Assembly: GCA_913041665.1 (NCBI GenBank)
Contig: CAJWKT010000003.1
Span: 1 to 47,692 of the forward strand
Reading direction: 5' to 3'
DNA from: an uncultured Gammaproteobacteria bacterium
Lineage (GTDB): Bacteria > Pseudomonadota > Gammaproteobacteria > Steroidobacterales > Rariloculaceae
DNA length: 47,692 nucleotides
The notes beneath the pieces were generated by a model that was given only the letters and a program-made list of their open reading frames with translations, was not told the DNA's origin and searched no databases. Numbering within the stretch: the stretch's first letter is position 1; each line of letters starts with the position of its first letter. The translations under genes were made by a program, and so were the position numbers. Of this stretch, positions 30,231 through 41,487 are shown piece after piece.

Positions 30231-31114
30231 TAAGAAATTGGTGCTTGATGAGCTTCTTCAAAAGCTACCTCTTCATAACACTGCGGCTGATCCAAAAGAC
30301 TTCTCAGCAGAGCATTATTGAGATTATGTCCTGATTTAAAACCACTGAATTCACCTAGCAAACATGCTCCCAGCAAATAAAGATCACCGATAGCATCTAA
30401 TATTTTGTGGCGAACAAACTCATCCCTGAACCGCAATCCATCTTCGTTGAGCACACGATATTCATCCATAACGATGGCATTCTCCAGACTGCCACCAAGA
30501 GTCAGGTCTCGAGCTCGAAGGGTTTCAAGGTCCGTCAGAAAACCAAAAGTTCGGGCCCTGCTGATTTCTTTTAAAAAAGAGGTGGTAGAAAACTCAAGGC
30601 TCGCACTCTGGCGGTGTCTGCGCAATACGGGGTGATCAAAGTCGATTTCAAAATTGACTCTAAAACCATTGTACGGCTTCAGTCTGGCCCATTTGTCACC
30701 ATCTCTAACCTCAACTGATTTACGGATCCGAATAAATTTCTTAGGTGCCCGTTGTTCCTCAATACCTGCCGATTGGAGCAAAAAAACAAACGGGGCGGCA
30801 CTACCATCCATTATAGGCACCTCAGCCGCCGTAACATCTACGAACGCATTATCGATTCCTAAGCCAGCCATAGCAGAAAGGAGATGCTCTACGGTCGCAA
30901 CTTTAACTTGGTCCCGCTGAATTGTCGTCCCGAGAGTCGTCTCAGTAACCCTGGTTGCTTTTGCAGGAATATCGACAGGGGTATTGAGGTCTATACGGCG
31001 AAAAATAATACCTGAATTGGGTGGGGCGGGGCGCAAAGTCATGTAGACCTTGACGCCACTGTGAAGACCTATGCCGGTAGCACGAATGGAATCTTTTAGT
31101 GTGCGCTGCTTCAA
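30203..31114 (-). CDS. lpxC: UDP-3-O-acyl-GlcNAc deacetylase
   Basis: [36 protein letters not shown]. Confidence 0.99.
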   Translation of the reverse strand: MKQRTLKDSIRATGIGLHSGVKVYMTLRPAPPNSGIIFRRIDLNTPVDIPAKATRVTETTLGTTIQRDQVKVATVEHLLSAMAGLGIDNAFVDVTAAEVPIMDGSAAPFVFLLQSAGIEEQRAPKKFIRIRKSVEVRDGDKWARLKPYNGFRVNFEIDFDHPVLRRHRQSASLEFSTTSFLKEISRARTFGFLTDLETLRARDLTLGGSLENAIVMDEYRVLNEDGLRFRDEFVRHKILDAIGDLYLLGACLLGEFSGFKSGHNLNNALLRSLLDQPQCYEEVAFEEAHQAPISYQLVPGLSD

Positions 31115-31231
31115 AAAGCGTTCAACTTATCCCCTTAAACGCAGAGAACACTATCACAGCGCTCAGTGGTGCGGCAAATTGCCTCAACTATATGATCGCA
31201 TCCAGCACTCCCCATAAAATCTCAAGGAAAA

Positions 31232-32383
31232 CTAATCGGCTTGGCGACGCAGAAAAGCAGGAACATCCAACAGTTCCTCCGCTCCTGGCGTAAGAACTTC
31301 TGGGCTATCTTCTGCTGCACGCTTACGCGCAATCGCTGGCTTATCAAGGTCCGTGTAATTTGTCTGAGCCAAGCTAGCCGAGCTAAGAGCCGTCACGGAC
31401 CTCACTGGCTGGTGAGTAAAGGCAGGGGATTGGCCGAGCCCAGTAGCCACGACCGTAACCCTAATCCCCTCAGACATCTCTGGATCAATGCAGGTACCTA
31501 AAACGACTGTCGCGTCCTCGGAAGCGATCTCTTTAAAAACCTCTCCAACCTCCTGAAACTCCCCGATCGAGAGATCCTTGCCCGCTGTTACATTTACAAG
31601 GATGCCATTAGCATTAGTAAGATTAATATCTTCCAGCAACGGGCTCGATATTGCATCCTGTGCAGCCTGGCTGGCACGCCCATCACCACTTGCCTCCCCA
31701 GAACCCATCATCGCCATGCCCATCTCCGACATCACCGTGCGCACATCCGCAAAATCAACATTGATCAGGCCAGGCCGCGTAATAAGGTCAGCGATACCTT
31801 GCACAGCGCCCTGTAGCACTTGATTGGCAGAGTTGAATGCGTCTAATAACGATGTGTCAGAACCATATACGCTGAGCAACTTTTCATTGGGAATCGTTAT
31901 CAGAGAATCCACATGCCGACCAAGCTCTATGATGCCTTCCTCCGCAATACGCATTCGTTTATCGCCTTCCATGCTAAAAGGCTTAGTCACCACCGCGACA
32001 GTCAAAATTCCGAGCTCTTTGGCAAGTGACGCCACAACCGGTGCTGCACCAGTACCCGTGCCCCCACCCAAACCTACTGTAATAAACAGCATGTCAGCCC
32101 CTTCAATCACCTCCTGAATCCGGTCTCGATCCTCCATGGCCGCCTGACGGCCGATTTCCGGGTCGGCACCAGCACCTAGTCCTTTTGTGATGTTGCAGCC
32201 AATTTGCAGCCCCAACTTGACACGCGCACTCTTCAGGGCCTGAGCGTCGGTATTCGCACAAATCAACTCTACCCCCTCCATGCCTGACGAGAGCATTTTT
32301 GCCACCGCATTGCCTCCGCCCCCGCCGATACCAATCACCTTGATGATTGCACTTTCACTGTAGCCGTCCATCAGTTCAAACAT
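31232..32383 (-). CDS. ftsZ: Cell division protein FtsZ
   Basis: GGGGGNA, GGGTGTG, NVDFADV, C-terminal LDVPAFLRRQAD; start MFEL after GAGGAG. Confidence 0.99.
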   Translation of the reverse strand: MFELMDGYSESAIIKVIGIGGGGGNAVAKMLSSGMEGVELICANTDAQALKSARVKLGLQIGCNITKGLGAGADPEIGRQAAMEDRDRIQEVIEGADMLFITVGLGGGTGTGAAPVVASLAKELGILTVAVVTKPFSMEGDKRMRIAEEGIIELGRHVDSLITIPNEKLLSVYGSDTSLLDAFNSANQVLQGAVQGIADLITRPGLINVDFADVRTVMSEMGMAMMGSGEASGDGRASQAAQDAISSPLLEDINLTNANGILVNVTAGKDLSIGEFQEVGEVFKEIASEDATVVLGTCIDPEMSEGIRVTVVATGLGQSPAFTHQPVRSVTALSSASLAQTNYTDLDKPAIARKRAAEDSPEVLTPGAEELLDVPAFLRRQAD

Positions 32384-32406
32384 GTTTACTCTCCTCACAG
32401 AAATTC

Positions 32407-33642
32407 TCAAAAATTACCTTGAAACCAAGATCGCATTCGATCAAAAAAGCCGGGGAAACCGGAGCTAAGGCCCGAACTTGGGGCGCGAGCCTGAACCGCC
32501 TCCTTCCCATATAAAAGTAACCCCACGCCTGTTGCATGAATGGGATTACGCACTACATCTGCCAAGCCTTGCACGTACTGCGGAACCCCCAAACGCACCG
32601 GCATATGAAAAACCTCTTCAGCAAGCTCCACGGCTCCTTCCATCTTCGAACTACCACCAGTAAGAACCACCCCAGCCGCGGTTAATTCTAGGAAACCGGA
32701 ACGACGAAGCTCATCACGTACTAGCGCGAACAGTTCCTCATAACGAGGCTCGACAACTTCTGCAAGTGTCTGGCGAGCTAGCCGCCGAGGAGGACGATCA
32801 CCAACACTTGGCACCTCAATAGTTTCTTCAGTATTGGCGAGCTGGGACAATGCACACGCATACTTGATCTTTATTTCTTCTGCATACTGGGTTGGTGTAC
32901 GCAAAGACACGGCGATGTCGTTTGTTACCTGGTCACCTGCTATTGGAATAACAGCCGTGTGCTGGATAGCGCCATCAGAAAAGACAGCGATGTCGGTGGT
33001 GCCACCACCTATATCTACAAGACAAATACCTAAATCTCTCTCATCTTCAGTAAGAACCGAGTAATTTGATGCAAGCTGCTCAAGAACTATATCGTCCACG
33101 TTCAATCCACAACGTTGCACACATTTGACAATATTCTGAGCGGCACTTACGGCACCAGTAACAAGATGAACTTTTGCTTCCAGTCGAACGCCAGCCATCC
33201 CTATGGGCTCACGAATACCCTCTTGTGTATCGATCAGAAACTCTTGGGGTATCACGTGCAAAATCTGCTGATCAGCCGGAATCGCAACTGCGCGTGCCGC
33301 ATCAATCACCCGATCCACATCGCTTTTGCTTACTTCTTTCTCCCTGATCGCAACAATGCCATGAGAGTTCAGACTACGGATATGACTACCTGCGATTCCT
33401 GTGTAGACGGTATTGATCTCACAGCCTGACATCAGTTCAGCTTCTTCGACAGCGCGCTGAATGGATTGGACCGTCGATTCTATATTCACAATCACACCGC
33501 GCTTTAGTCCACGTGAATTGTGTGAACCTACACCAATAATTTCCAACCCATCTTCGGAAGAAAGTTCACCTACAATCACCACAACTTTTGATGTGCCAAT
33601 ATCAAGGCCCACAAGTAATTTACGCTCTTCTCGTTTAGCCAC
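32407..33642 (-). CDS. ftsA: Cell division protein FtsA
   Basis: GLDIGTSKV, DIGGGTTD, VLTGG, amphipathic C-terminal WFQGNF. Confidence 0.99.
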   Translation of the reverse strand: MAKREERKLLVGLDIGTSKVVVIVGELSSEDGLEIIGVGSHNSRGLKRGVIVNIESTVQSIQRAVEEAELMSGCEINTVYTGIAGSHIRSLNSHGIVAIREKEVSKSDVDRVIDAARAVAIPADQQILHVIPQEFLIDTQEGIREPIGMAGVRLEAKVHLVTGAVSAAQNIVKCVQRCGLNVDDIVLEQLASNYSVLTEDERDLGICLVDIGGGTTDIAVFSDGAIQHTAVIPIAGDQVTNDIAVSLRTPTQYAEEIKIKYACALSQLANTEETIEVPSVGDRPPRRLARQTLAEVVEPRYEELFALVRDELRRSGFLELTAAGVVLTGGSSKMEGAVELAEEVFHMPVRLGVPQYVQGLADVVRNPIHATGVGLLLYGKEAVQARAPSSGLSSGFPGFFDRMRSWFQGNF

Positions 33643-34435
33643 TATCAGTCACCGCTTGGGTCTGTGCTACCTGGGACGCAACAACCTCTGGGAGCCACCT
33701 CACAGCAAAGCCGTTGATGTAGCGCAAATCAACATAACGGACTCGCGTAAACTTGCTCACCAGTGTCGGCACAACAATCGTAAAAAAACGATCCAGACGC
33801 TCCGTTACCCCATTTTGACCAAATCGAATCTCCTGACCATCTTCTAAAAACAGTCTTACTGCCCCTCGGTCATCCATGGAAAGTCTTTGCATTTTCAGGT
33901 TGGCTTGAGCGAGGGGACCACGCACGCTTAGATAATAATCTGCAACCTCCTTCTCCCTACCGTCGGGTCCTGTCAGCTGAGGAAGTTCTGGGAACGTATG
34001 GCGCACATTCTCCGTGAAAAGTTCTCCGTGAATATTCAACAAACCCCCCTTCCCCCAGCGGGCCACTGCCCGATGCTCCGTCAATTCAATTTTCAGCGTA
34101 TCTGGCCAAATGCGTCTGATCTCTGCTTTATCAATCCAGTCTAGCCTTTCAATCTGCCGACGCATTTCCGTAATATCGGCAGAAAGAAACCCATGGTTAA
34201 GATTAGATGCAAGGGCAGCTTCTATTTGAATCGAAGGTACTCGCTGGAAACTTCCCTGCAGGATCAACATACGAATCGGGTTGTCGAGCAATATTTTTGA
34301 GCCGAAAAAAGCCCCGCCTACAACTACGATGACTGATAAGGAAATAATCAGGGATCGAAGTGGTATTCGCGGCAATACCGGCAAACTTCTTGAACGTTTT
34401 ACAGCTTTTCGCCGGTTTGATTTTAGCGTTTTCAT
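33635..34435 (-). CDS. ftsQ: Cell division protein FtsQ
   Basis: Single TM, POTRA (RRIWPDTL), LPQLTGP, YVDLRYINGFAV. Confidence 0.95.
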   Translation of the reverse strand: MKTLKSNRRKAVKRSRSLPVLPRIPLRSLIISLSVIVVVGGAFFGSKILLDNPIRMLILQGSFQRVPSIQIEAALASNLNHGFLSADITEMRRQIERLDWIDKAEIRRIWPDTLKIELTEHRAVARWGKGGLLNIHGELFTENVRHTFPELPQLTGPDGREKEVADYYLSVRGPLAQANLKMQRLSMDDRGAVRLFLEDGQEIRFGQNGVTERLDRFFTIVVPTLVSKFTRVRYVDLRYINGFAVRWLPEVVASQVAQTQAVTDSG

Positions 34436-35340
34436 CGCCTACTCACTTCATACTCACCGACAACGTGTACTTCCATCTCGAGCGTAACGTCATGAAAATC
34501 CTTAACCGCCTCACGCACTTGCAAGATCAGAGTTTCTATGTCTGCGGCCGTTGCCGTTCCAGTATTAATTATGAAATTGGCATGCCTTTCTGACACAACA
34601 GCACCGCCAACACATCTCATCTTTAGGCCTGCTTCTTCAATGAGTTGCGCCGCAAACCCATTGGGTGGATTTTTGAATACCGAACCACAGCTGAGCTGAC
34701 CGATAGGTTGTGTCTCCGCCCGAAATCTAGTTATACCTCGGATATCGCTCATACTTGTTTCGTCATCGCGCCCAAAACAAAAAACAGCTGAAAGAAACCA
34801 TTCATTAGAAGCACCATGAACCGTGCGGTAATTTAAATCGAAGTCCGACGGTAAGCGTTTGTGCCGCTCACCCCCTCGGTCTACCGTTTCAACGCTTTCT
34901 ATTTGGTCCCAGGTTTCCCCGCCGAAAGCACCCGCATTCATGGCTAAAGCACCCCCTATCGTTCCCGGGATTCCTGCAAAAAATGCAGCTGGGCCAAGCT
35001 TCCACCGGACGCACTGACGAGCCAACAGTGCGCATGGCAACCCAGCGCTTACGCGTACCCTAACGGTATCCATGCGTTCAATTTCTCGCTTCAGTCCGCC
35101 TGTGCATATAACTGCGCCCCGAATTCCCCCATCGCGAACCAGAAGATTGGAGCCCAAGCCAATCCAAACCAAAGGTGTTTCCAAGGGCAGTTCCATCAGA
35201 AAGTGCTGAAGGTTTTCAATGTTGTCTGGCCTTAAAAAAATGTCAACTGGCCCGCCAACGCGCCAAGAAGTGTGCGCACTCATCTCTTCGCAAAGCTTGA
35301 GCTCTGAATTTGAAATGGCGCCGTTCATTAATACACTCAC
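34432..35340 (-). CDS. murB: UDP-N-acetylmuramate dehydrogenase
   Basis: HTSWRVGGP, GLGSNLLV, GIPGTIGGALAMNAG, SCGSVFKNP, HANF. Confidence 0.98.
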   Translation of the reverse strand: MSVLMNGAISNSELKLCEEMSAHTSWRVGGPVDIFLRPDNIENLQHFLMELPLETPLVWIGLGSNLLVRDGGIRGAVICTGGLKREIERMDTVRVRVSAGLPCALLARQCVRWKLGPAAFFAGIPGTIGGALAMNAGAFGGETWDQIESVETVDRGGERHKRLPSDFDLNYRTVHGASNEWFLSAVFCFGRDDETSMSDIRGITRFRAETQPIGQLSCGSVFKNPPNGFAAQLIEEAGLKMRCVGGAVVSERHANFIINTGTATAADIETLILQVREAVKDFHDVTLEMEVHVVGEYEVSRR

Positions 35341-36758
35341 CGTTTCAACCCAACTGGCACCTTCACGGCTAATTCTGAAGGTAAAGATTGCGCAACCGCA
35401 CCAATGCTACCCGCGCCAAGCGTCAGAACTACATCATCTCCTTGAATTAGGTCTGCTAAAACCGAAGACAAGCGATCAGCCTGCCCGACAAATATTGGAT
35501 CGACTACACGGCGAGCCCTGATCGTACGTACTAGGGCACGACCATCAGCACCCGCAATGGGTTTCTCGCCGGCACCATACACATCCGTCAACACCAGTAC
35601 ATCAGCAGAGGACAGGACGCTCGCGAAATCATCCATAAGCTCCTGGGTGCGGGAGTACCGGTGAGGCTCAAATGCCACTACTAAGCGACGCTCTGGCCAA
35701 GCTTTCCGAGCTGCACAAAGAGTTGCGTCAATTTCTGTGGGGTGGTGGGCATAGTCATCAACAAACGTAACCCGACCAACCGGGGTAGTAATAGTTCCGA
35801 GCACCTGAAACCGTCTATCAATCCCTGAAAACTCAGCCAATGCTTGTTGCATAGAGAGCTCGTCAACTTCGAGCTCCGTTGAAACAGCTATCGCAGCTAG
35901 CGCATTTCGCACATTGTGGAGTCCGGGTAAATTTAACCGGATGTCCAACGGTACCCGTCCCTTGCGATGCACCTTGAAGTGGGTCTGCAAACCAACTTGC
36001 TTGACCCGATCGGCACACACGTCGGCATGATCTGAAAGCCCATAACTTATAACCCTTCTGCCCAAATTGGGAATGAGTTCACGGGTTGTCTTGTCGTCAA
36101 GACACATCACGCCCAATCCATAAAAAGGTAAATTGTGGAGAAAATCCTCGAAAGCTTGGCACAAACGACTTAGCTGGCCCTCGTAGCTTAATAGGTGATC
36201 AGCATCAATATTAGTGACAACTGCAATCATGGGCTGCAGATGAAGAAACGAAGCATCACTTTCATCGGCTTCTGCAACAAGATATTTGCCAGCACCAAGT
36301 TTTGCGTTTGCATTGGCGCTTGTGAGTCGTCCACCAATAATAAATGTGGGGTCAAGACCGGCCTCGGCCAGAATCGACGCGATCAGGCTGGTCGTGGTGG
36401 TCTTTCCATGGGTTCCAGCGACAGCGATTCCGTATCTGAAACGCATTATCTCAGCAAGCATTTCTGCCCGTTGGACCACAGGTATACGTCTACGATGAGC
36501 TTCAACGATTTCGGGATTACTCTCAGCGACAGCGCTAGAAACAACAACCGCGTCGGCCGCCCCTAAGTTTGTGTCAGCATGGCCCTCGTAAATTTCAGCC
36601 CCCAAGGATGCCAGCCTCTCTGTGGCAGAACCCAGCCTACGATCGGAGCCCTGAACTTGGTAGCCCAGATTGATGAGTACCTCGGCAATCCCGGCCATTC
36701 CGGAACCAGCAATTCCCACTAGATGAATGCATCGGACAGGACCCATTTCATTATTCAT
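35337..36758 (-). CDS. murC: UDP-N-acetylmuramate--L-alanine ligase
   Basis: GIAGSGM, GTHGKTTT, EADESD, DDYAHHPTE; start set at MNNEM. Confidence 0.98.
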   Translation of the reverse strand: MNNEMGPVRCIHLVGIAGSGMAGIAEVLINLGYQVQGSDRRLGSATERLASLGAEIYEGHADTNLGAADAVVVSSAVAESNPEIVEAHRRRIPVVQRAEMLAEIMRFRYGIAVAGTHGKTTTTSLIASILAEAGLDPTFIIGGRLTSANANAKLGAGKYLVAEADESDASFLHLQPMIAVVTNIDADHLLSYEGQLSRLCQAFEDFLHNLPFYGLGVMCLDDKTTRELIPNLGRRVISYGLSDHADVCADRVKQVGLQTHFKVHRKGRVPLDIRLNLPGLHNVRNALAAIAVSTELEVDELSMQQALAEFSGIDRRFQVLGTITTPVGRVTFVDDYAHHPTEIDATLCAARKAWPERRLVVAFEPHRYSRTQELMDDFASVLSSADVLVLTDVYGAGEKPIAGADGRALVRTIRARRVVDPIFVGQADRLSSVLADLIQGDDVVLTLGAGSIGAVAQSLPSELAVKVPVGLKR

Positions 36759-37839
36759 GGTGTGCCCCCCCAAGCTCAAGACACGCGTCAGCAAGCCGCT
36801 TTGCTGCATGAAGTGCAGATTGATCCCAAGCATTCTCAGCCAGCTCGACCAGCCGTTTACGATCGCTTAAAAGCAATTCAAGCTCTTTTTCCAGGCGCCC
36901 GCTACGCAGCTCTGATTCCGGAACGACAATACCAGCACCGCGCGCAATGAAATGGTCAGCATTTTTCACTTGGTGGTCATCAACTGCGTGAGCATACGGA
37001 ACTAACAATGCGCCAATCCCAACAACCGAAAGCTCGGAAATTGTTAAGGCCCCGGCACGACAAACCACGAGGTCGGCCCAACCGTAAGCCCTCGCAATAT
37101 CGTTTACAAAGTCCTCCACTTTTGCCTCAATACTGACTTCAGCATAGGCCGCCTCAACCTTACTGAAACCCTTCCCGGCCTGATGCCAAATATCGGGCCG
37201 AATGTCAGAAGGCAGGCTAGAGAAAGCAATGGGTAAAGCTTTATTCAATACGTGCGCCCCTTGGCTTCCGCCCAAAACCAATACACGTGGGCGGGCCTGC
37301 CGTTTGCTCAAGCGCTCGCGTGGCGAAGGCAATTCCGCCATGGAGCGGCGTACTGGATTACCCACTAATTCAGTTTCCACGCCATCAGGAAAACTGTTCG
37401 GAAACGCCTCAAACACTTTGTTTGCGAATCGGGAAAGTAGACGATTAGTAGTACCAGCAACGGCATTTTGCTCATGAATTAGCAGCGGCCTACCAATGAG
37501 CCACGCCGCCAGGCCCCCGGGAGCTGAAACAAAACCGCCCAGCCCTAAAACCGCCACTGGCTTGCTCTTTAGCAGAATCCTCAGCGCCTGACAAACTGCA
37601 AAACAAACCAAAAAAGGTGCTGACAACCAGGCGGTCAGCCCACGACCACGAAGGCCCGCAATAGAAATCCACTCTATATCGATACCGGCCTTGGGAACGA
37701 CCTGAGCTTCTATACCTCGATGGGTTCCCATCCAAATGACTAGAGCCGTCCGCTCTCGCAACACCTCAGCTACAGCCAAACCAGGAAAAACGTGACCGCC
37801 TGTCCCGCCTGCCATAATCAGAATCGGGCCTGTACTCAA
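36751..37839 (-). CDS. murG: Lipid II GlcNAc transferase
   Basis: AGGTGGHVFP, HEQN, GNPVR, GGSQGA, RAGALT, DDHQ. Confidence 0.98.
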   Translation of the reverse strand: MSTGPILIMAGGTGGHVFPGLAVAEVLRERTALVIWMGTHRGIEAQVVPKAGIDIEWISIAGLRGRGLTAWLSAPFLVCFAVCQALRILLKSKPVAVLGLGGFVSAPGGLAAWLIGRPLLIHEQNAVAGTTNRLLSRFANKVFEAFPNSFPDGVETELVGNPVRRSMAELPSPRERLSKRQARPRVLVLGGSQGAHVLNKALPIAFSSLPSDIRPDIWHQAGKGFSKVEAAYAEVSIEAKVEDFVNDIARAYGWADLVVCRAGALTISELSVVGIGALLVPYAHAVDDHQVKNADHFIARGAGIVVPESELRSGRLEKELELLLSDRKRLVELAENAWDQSALHAAKRLADACLELGGAHHE

Positions 37840-39002
37840 ACCTTGATCCTCCCTGACCGTCGGGTTTTTCGGTGCCGTGTGGCCTCATTCACTTCATGCT
37901 GAATTCTGGCTAACAAGCCCAGAGACATCAGCGTTACGACCATGCTCGTACGCCCATAACTGAGAAGTGGCAGGGTTAAACCCTTGGTCGGCAACAGTCC
38001 GATGTTAACCCCAATATTGATGAATGCTTGAACGCCTAAGGTAATGCCTAGGCCAACGGTCACCAGTCCGTGAAATGGTAGCCCACACCTTGCCGCTTTG
38101 GGCCCTAGGTAAAGGGCTTTGTAGACGATCAGAGAAAGCAATACAATTACTGTGGTAGCGCCCACGAGACCGAGTTCCTCGCTGAGGACCGCAAAGATAA
38201 AGTCCGTATGCGCCTCAGGCAAATAGAAAAGTTTCTGCACGCTCTCACCGAGACCGACCCCAAACAAATCACCTCTACCGATTGCTATTAAGGACTGCGC
38301 TAACTGATATCCGCCGCCGCCTACGTCGGCCCATGGGTCCAGAAAGGCCGTAATACGCTCCATTCTCTCTTCAGACAAAAAAACAAATACAATCAAAAGA
38401 GAGCTTGCCAGAACAGTAATTACGGAAAAATCACGAAGCCTTGCCCCACCGAAAAACAAAATACCAAGGCTAACAAGGGTGAGCATGACCGTAGCGCCAA
38501 AATCAGGTTCTCTCATCAACAACGCAGATGCTAGTCCGACGACTAACATAGGTTTGATGAAGCCCAAAAATGTAGTGGTCAATTCTTCATGATGACGAAT
38601 GGCGTAACCCGATATGTACAGCAATAAAAAAAGCCGAGCGATCTCGGAAGCCTGAAACGTGATCGGCCCTAAATGTAACCATCGCGTACTGTTATTTATC
38701 TCTGGTGCCAAGCTCGGTATCAAAACCGCGCCTAACAACAACAGTGCAAAAAACAAAAGGAACCAGTTCATTCGAAACCAGACCTCGGTAGGAGTTACAA
38801 ACGCAACCAGCGCTGCGCAACAACCGATTGCAATAGCGCCCAAGTGCCGATACAAAAAATACAGTGGTTGGCCCATGTCTTTATCCGCAAGGGAAATGGA
38901 TGCAGAACTCACCATGACAGTTCCAAGTACCAACAACCCAATCACCGCGGCCAGCAAGGTCGGGTCCAGAGTTAACGAACGAAAATGCCAGACACGATTC
39001 AT
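37836..39002 (-). CDS. ftsW: SEDS peptidoglycan polymerase FtsW
   Basis: RW, EPDFG, GYQL, LPEAHTDF, PTKGLTLP..SYG. Confidence 0.97.
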   Translation of the reverse strand: MNRVWHFRSLTLDPTLLAAVIGLLVLGTVMVSSASISLADKDMGQPLYFLYRHLGAIAIGCCAALVAFVTPTEVWFRMNWFLLFFALLLLGAVLIPSLAPEINNSTRWLHLGPITFQASEIARLFLLLYISGYAIRHHEELTTTFLGFIKPMLVVGLASALLMREPDFGATVMLTLVSLGILFFGGARLRDFSVITVLASSLLIVFVFLSEERMERITAFLDPWADVGGGGYQLAQSLIAIGRGDLFGVGLGESVQKLFYLPEAHTDFIFAVLSEELGLVGATTVIVLLSLIVYKALYLGPKAARCGLPFHGLVTVGLGITLGVQAFINIGVNIGLLPTKGLTLPLLSYGRTSMVVTLMSLGLLARIQHEVNEATRHRKTRRSGRIKV

Positions 39003-40393
39003 GACAACAACACCTGAACTTCCCTGACAAAAGCGTCGCCGCGAACCTGATAATCTAAAAACATATCTTGACTAGCACAGGCAGGCGAAAACAGTATCGT
39101 GTCCCCGACACTTGCCATGAAAAGAGCGCAGCTAACCGCATCACCTATCCCACCCGCTAACTCTGTCGGACACACATCCGCCAACACTGCACGAAGAGCT
39201 TCTGCAGACTCACCAATCAAAACCGCCCCTTTTAGCTTTTCGCAAGCAAATTCAACCATCGGCGCAAAATCAGCTCCCTTGGCCTGGCCGCCCGCTATAA
39301 GAACTACTGATCCAGAAATTCCGTTGAGCGCTGCTAGTGTTGCACCCACATTAGTAGCTTTGGAGTCGTTGATGAAAGCGACGCCATTCTTCTCACCTAC
39401 CCACTGGCACCGGTGCGGTAAGCCATGAAAACTCTGTAGCGCTTCGAACAATGGCTCATGATTAGTGCTAACAATTTCAGCTAGGGCCAGGGCAGCAAGA
39501 GCATTGGATTCATTGTGGGTGCCCCCTACCATGAGCGACGAAACTGGCACCAGAGGCTTCTGGTTCCTTGCAAACCAGCGCTCACCCTGAGAGAGGCACA
39601 CACTGTAGCCCTGCTCTAGCGGCTCACAAACTGAATAAGGCACCGATTTCGGATGGGCCATGCCCATCCGACGGACTATCGGGTCATCCCAGTTGACAAT
39701 AGCTATGTCTGAGTTAGTTAGCAGTTGCTCCTTCAATGCCACATATCGTTCTAGGGTTTTATGCCTATCAAGATGGTCAGCGGACACATTAAGAACAGCT
39801 GCCGCTAATGGCCTAAGGCTCTTAGTTGTCTCGAGCTGGAAACTAGAAATCTCTAACAAATACGTTGAAATATTTTTCTTTCCAAGCAGGCTCAAGGCCG
39901 GAGGACCCAAATTGCCACCGGCCGTTACATTCATTTCACTAGCTTGAAGCATAGCTTCGAGCATCGTCACGACAGTGCTTTTCCCGTTTGATCCGGTGAC
40001 GGCAAGCACTGCTGCATTAAGAGAGGCCACTTCGCGTGCAAAAAGTTCAATATCGCTAACTACAGAAATTCCCCTTCTATGGGCTTCTGCAGCAAGCTGA
40101 ATGTCAGCAGCAAGGCCCGGCGATAGAACGACCTCATCAATCCCGAGAAGCCAGCGTGGCGACAACGTTTCGAGTACCACTGGAACTTCGGGATAACGCT
40201 GCCGTAAACGTTCAAGACCAGGCGGATTCACACGGGAATCAATAACCAACACGGCCCGACCTTGAGACCTAAGATGGCAAACTGTCGCGACTCCAGTTTC
40301 CCCCAAACCGACAACTAAAGTTCGATTATTTAGCCTTTGAGCGATTACTTGCTCCTCTTGCCAGTTCATGTTTAAACACTGAGCGAAACTCAT
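38999..40393 (-). CDS. murD: UDP-MurNAc-L-Ala--D-glutamate ligase
   Basis: TGSNGKSTV, EISSFQLE, DHLDRH, NDSKATN, SPACASQD. Confidence 0.98.
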   Translation of the reverse strand: MSFAQCLNMNWQEEQVIAQRLNNRTLVVGLGETGVATVCHLRSQGRAVLVIDSRVNPPGLERLRQRYPEVPVVLETLSPRWLLGIDEVVLSPGLAADIQLAAEAHRRGISVVSDIELFAREVASLNAAVLAVTGSNGKSTVVTMLEAMLQASEMNVTAGGNLGPPALSLLGKKNISTYLLEISSFQLETTKSLRPLAAAVLNVSADHLDRHKTLERYVALKEQLLTNSDIAIVNWDDPIVRRMGMAHPKSVPYSVCEPLEQGYSVCLSQGERWFARNQKPLVPVSSLMVGGTHNESNALAALALAEIVSTNHEPLFEALQSFHGLPHRCQWVGEKNGVAFINDSKATNVGATLAALNGISGSVVLIAGGQAKGADFAPMVEFACEKLKGAVLIGESAEALRAVLADVCPTELAGGIGDAVSCALFMASVGDTILFSPACASQDMFLDYQVRGDAFVREVQVLLS

Positions 40394-40398
40394 TTATC

Positions 40399-41487
40399 TC
40401 AACGAATCTTCAAGCTTGCCAAACCGATCAGGACTAAGACCACAGTGATAATCCAGAAACGCACGATCACCTTTGGTTCAGCCCAGCCCTTAAGTTCGAA
40501 GTGGTGATGCAAAGGTGCCATGCGAAAAATGCGCCGGCCCATCGTCTTGTAAGAAGCAACCTGAATAATCACTGAAATGGTTTCTACCACGAACACTCCA
40601 CCCATAATGAATAGCACCAGTTCTTGCCTAACAATCACAGCTACCAGGCCAAGAGCAGCACCAAGAGCCAAAGCCCCCATGTCACCCATAAAAACCTGAG
40701 CGGGATAGGTGTTAAACCACAAAAAGCCCAGGCCGGCGCCAGCCAAGGCCGCACAAAAAACAAGCATTTCACCAGCCCCCGCCACGTAAGGGATACCCAG
40801 ATAGCCCGAAAAATTTAAATTTCCGGTCACGTAAGAGAAAATTCCGAGTGCACCACAAACGAGTACGGCTGGCATGATTGCTAATCCGTCCAAGCCGTCG
40901 GTGAGATTAACGCCATTTGAACTGCCTACGATCACTAGATACGTAAACAAGACGTAGACTGCTCCACTCAAAGGAATCATCATGTTTGGGATGTACGGTA
41001 TAAGGAGAGCGTGTTCCACAGCTGGGTTCTCTGCCGTAAAGTACAATGCCAACACACCAGCCAGAGCGACTACAGATTGCAATATGAATTTAGTGTAGGG
41101 TTTTAGGCCTTTAGAGTTTCCGGCAATCAACTTCCTGTAGTCGTCAACAAAACCAACCACACCGAAGGCTAAAGTGACTCCCAAGACGATCCATACGAAG
41201 CGATTACTGAGGCTCGCCCAAAGCAACGTGCTAACTAGTATGCTAAACAAAATAAGGCCCCCGCCCATCGTTGGGGTACCACTTTTCGGGAAATGACTTT
41301 CGGGACCTGAATCCCTAATCGGCTGACTAATGCGTCTTCTGGAAAGTCTATTGATTACGTAGGGACCCATGGAAAAAGACAAAATCAGCGCCGTCAGTGC
41401 ACCTAAAATTGCGCGCATTGTTAAATAGCCAAAAACGTTGAAACCAGAGTGGAAGGTGGTCAAATAGTCTGTGACATAAATCATCAT
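40399..41487 (-). CDS. mraY: Phospho-MurNAc-pentapeptide transferase
   Basis: [32 protein letters not shown]. Confidence 0.99.
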   Translation of the reverse strand: MMIYVTDYLTTFHSGFNVFGYLTMRAILGALTALILSFSMGPYVINRLSRRRISQPIRDSGPESHFPKSGTPTMGGGLILFSILVSTLLWASLSNRFVWIVLGVTLAFGVVGFVDDYRKLIAGNSKGLKPYTKFILQSVVALAGVLALYFTAENPAVEHALLIPYIPNMMIPLSGAVYVLFTYLVIVGSSNGVNLTDGLDGLAIMPAVLVCGALGIFSYVTGNLNFSGYLGIPYVAGAGEMLVFCAALAGAGLGFLWFNTYPAQVFMGDMGALALGAALGLVAVIVRQELVLFIMGGVFVVETISVIIQVASYKTMGRRIFRMAPLHHHFELKGWAEPKVIVRFWIITVVLVLIGLASLKIR

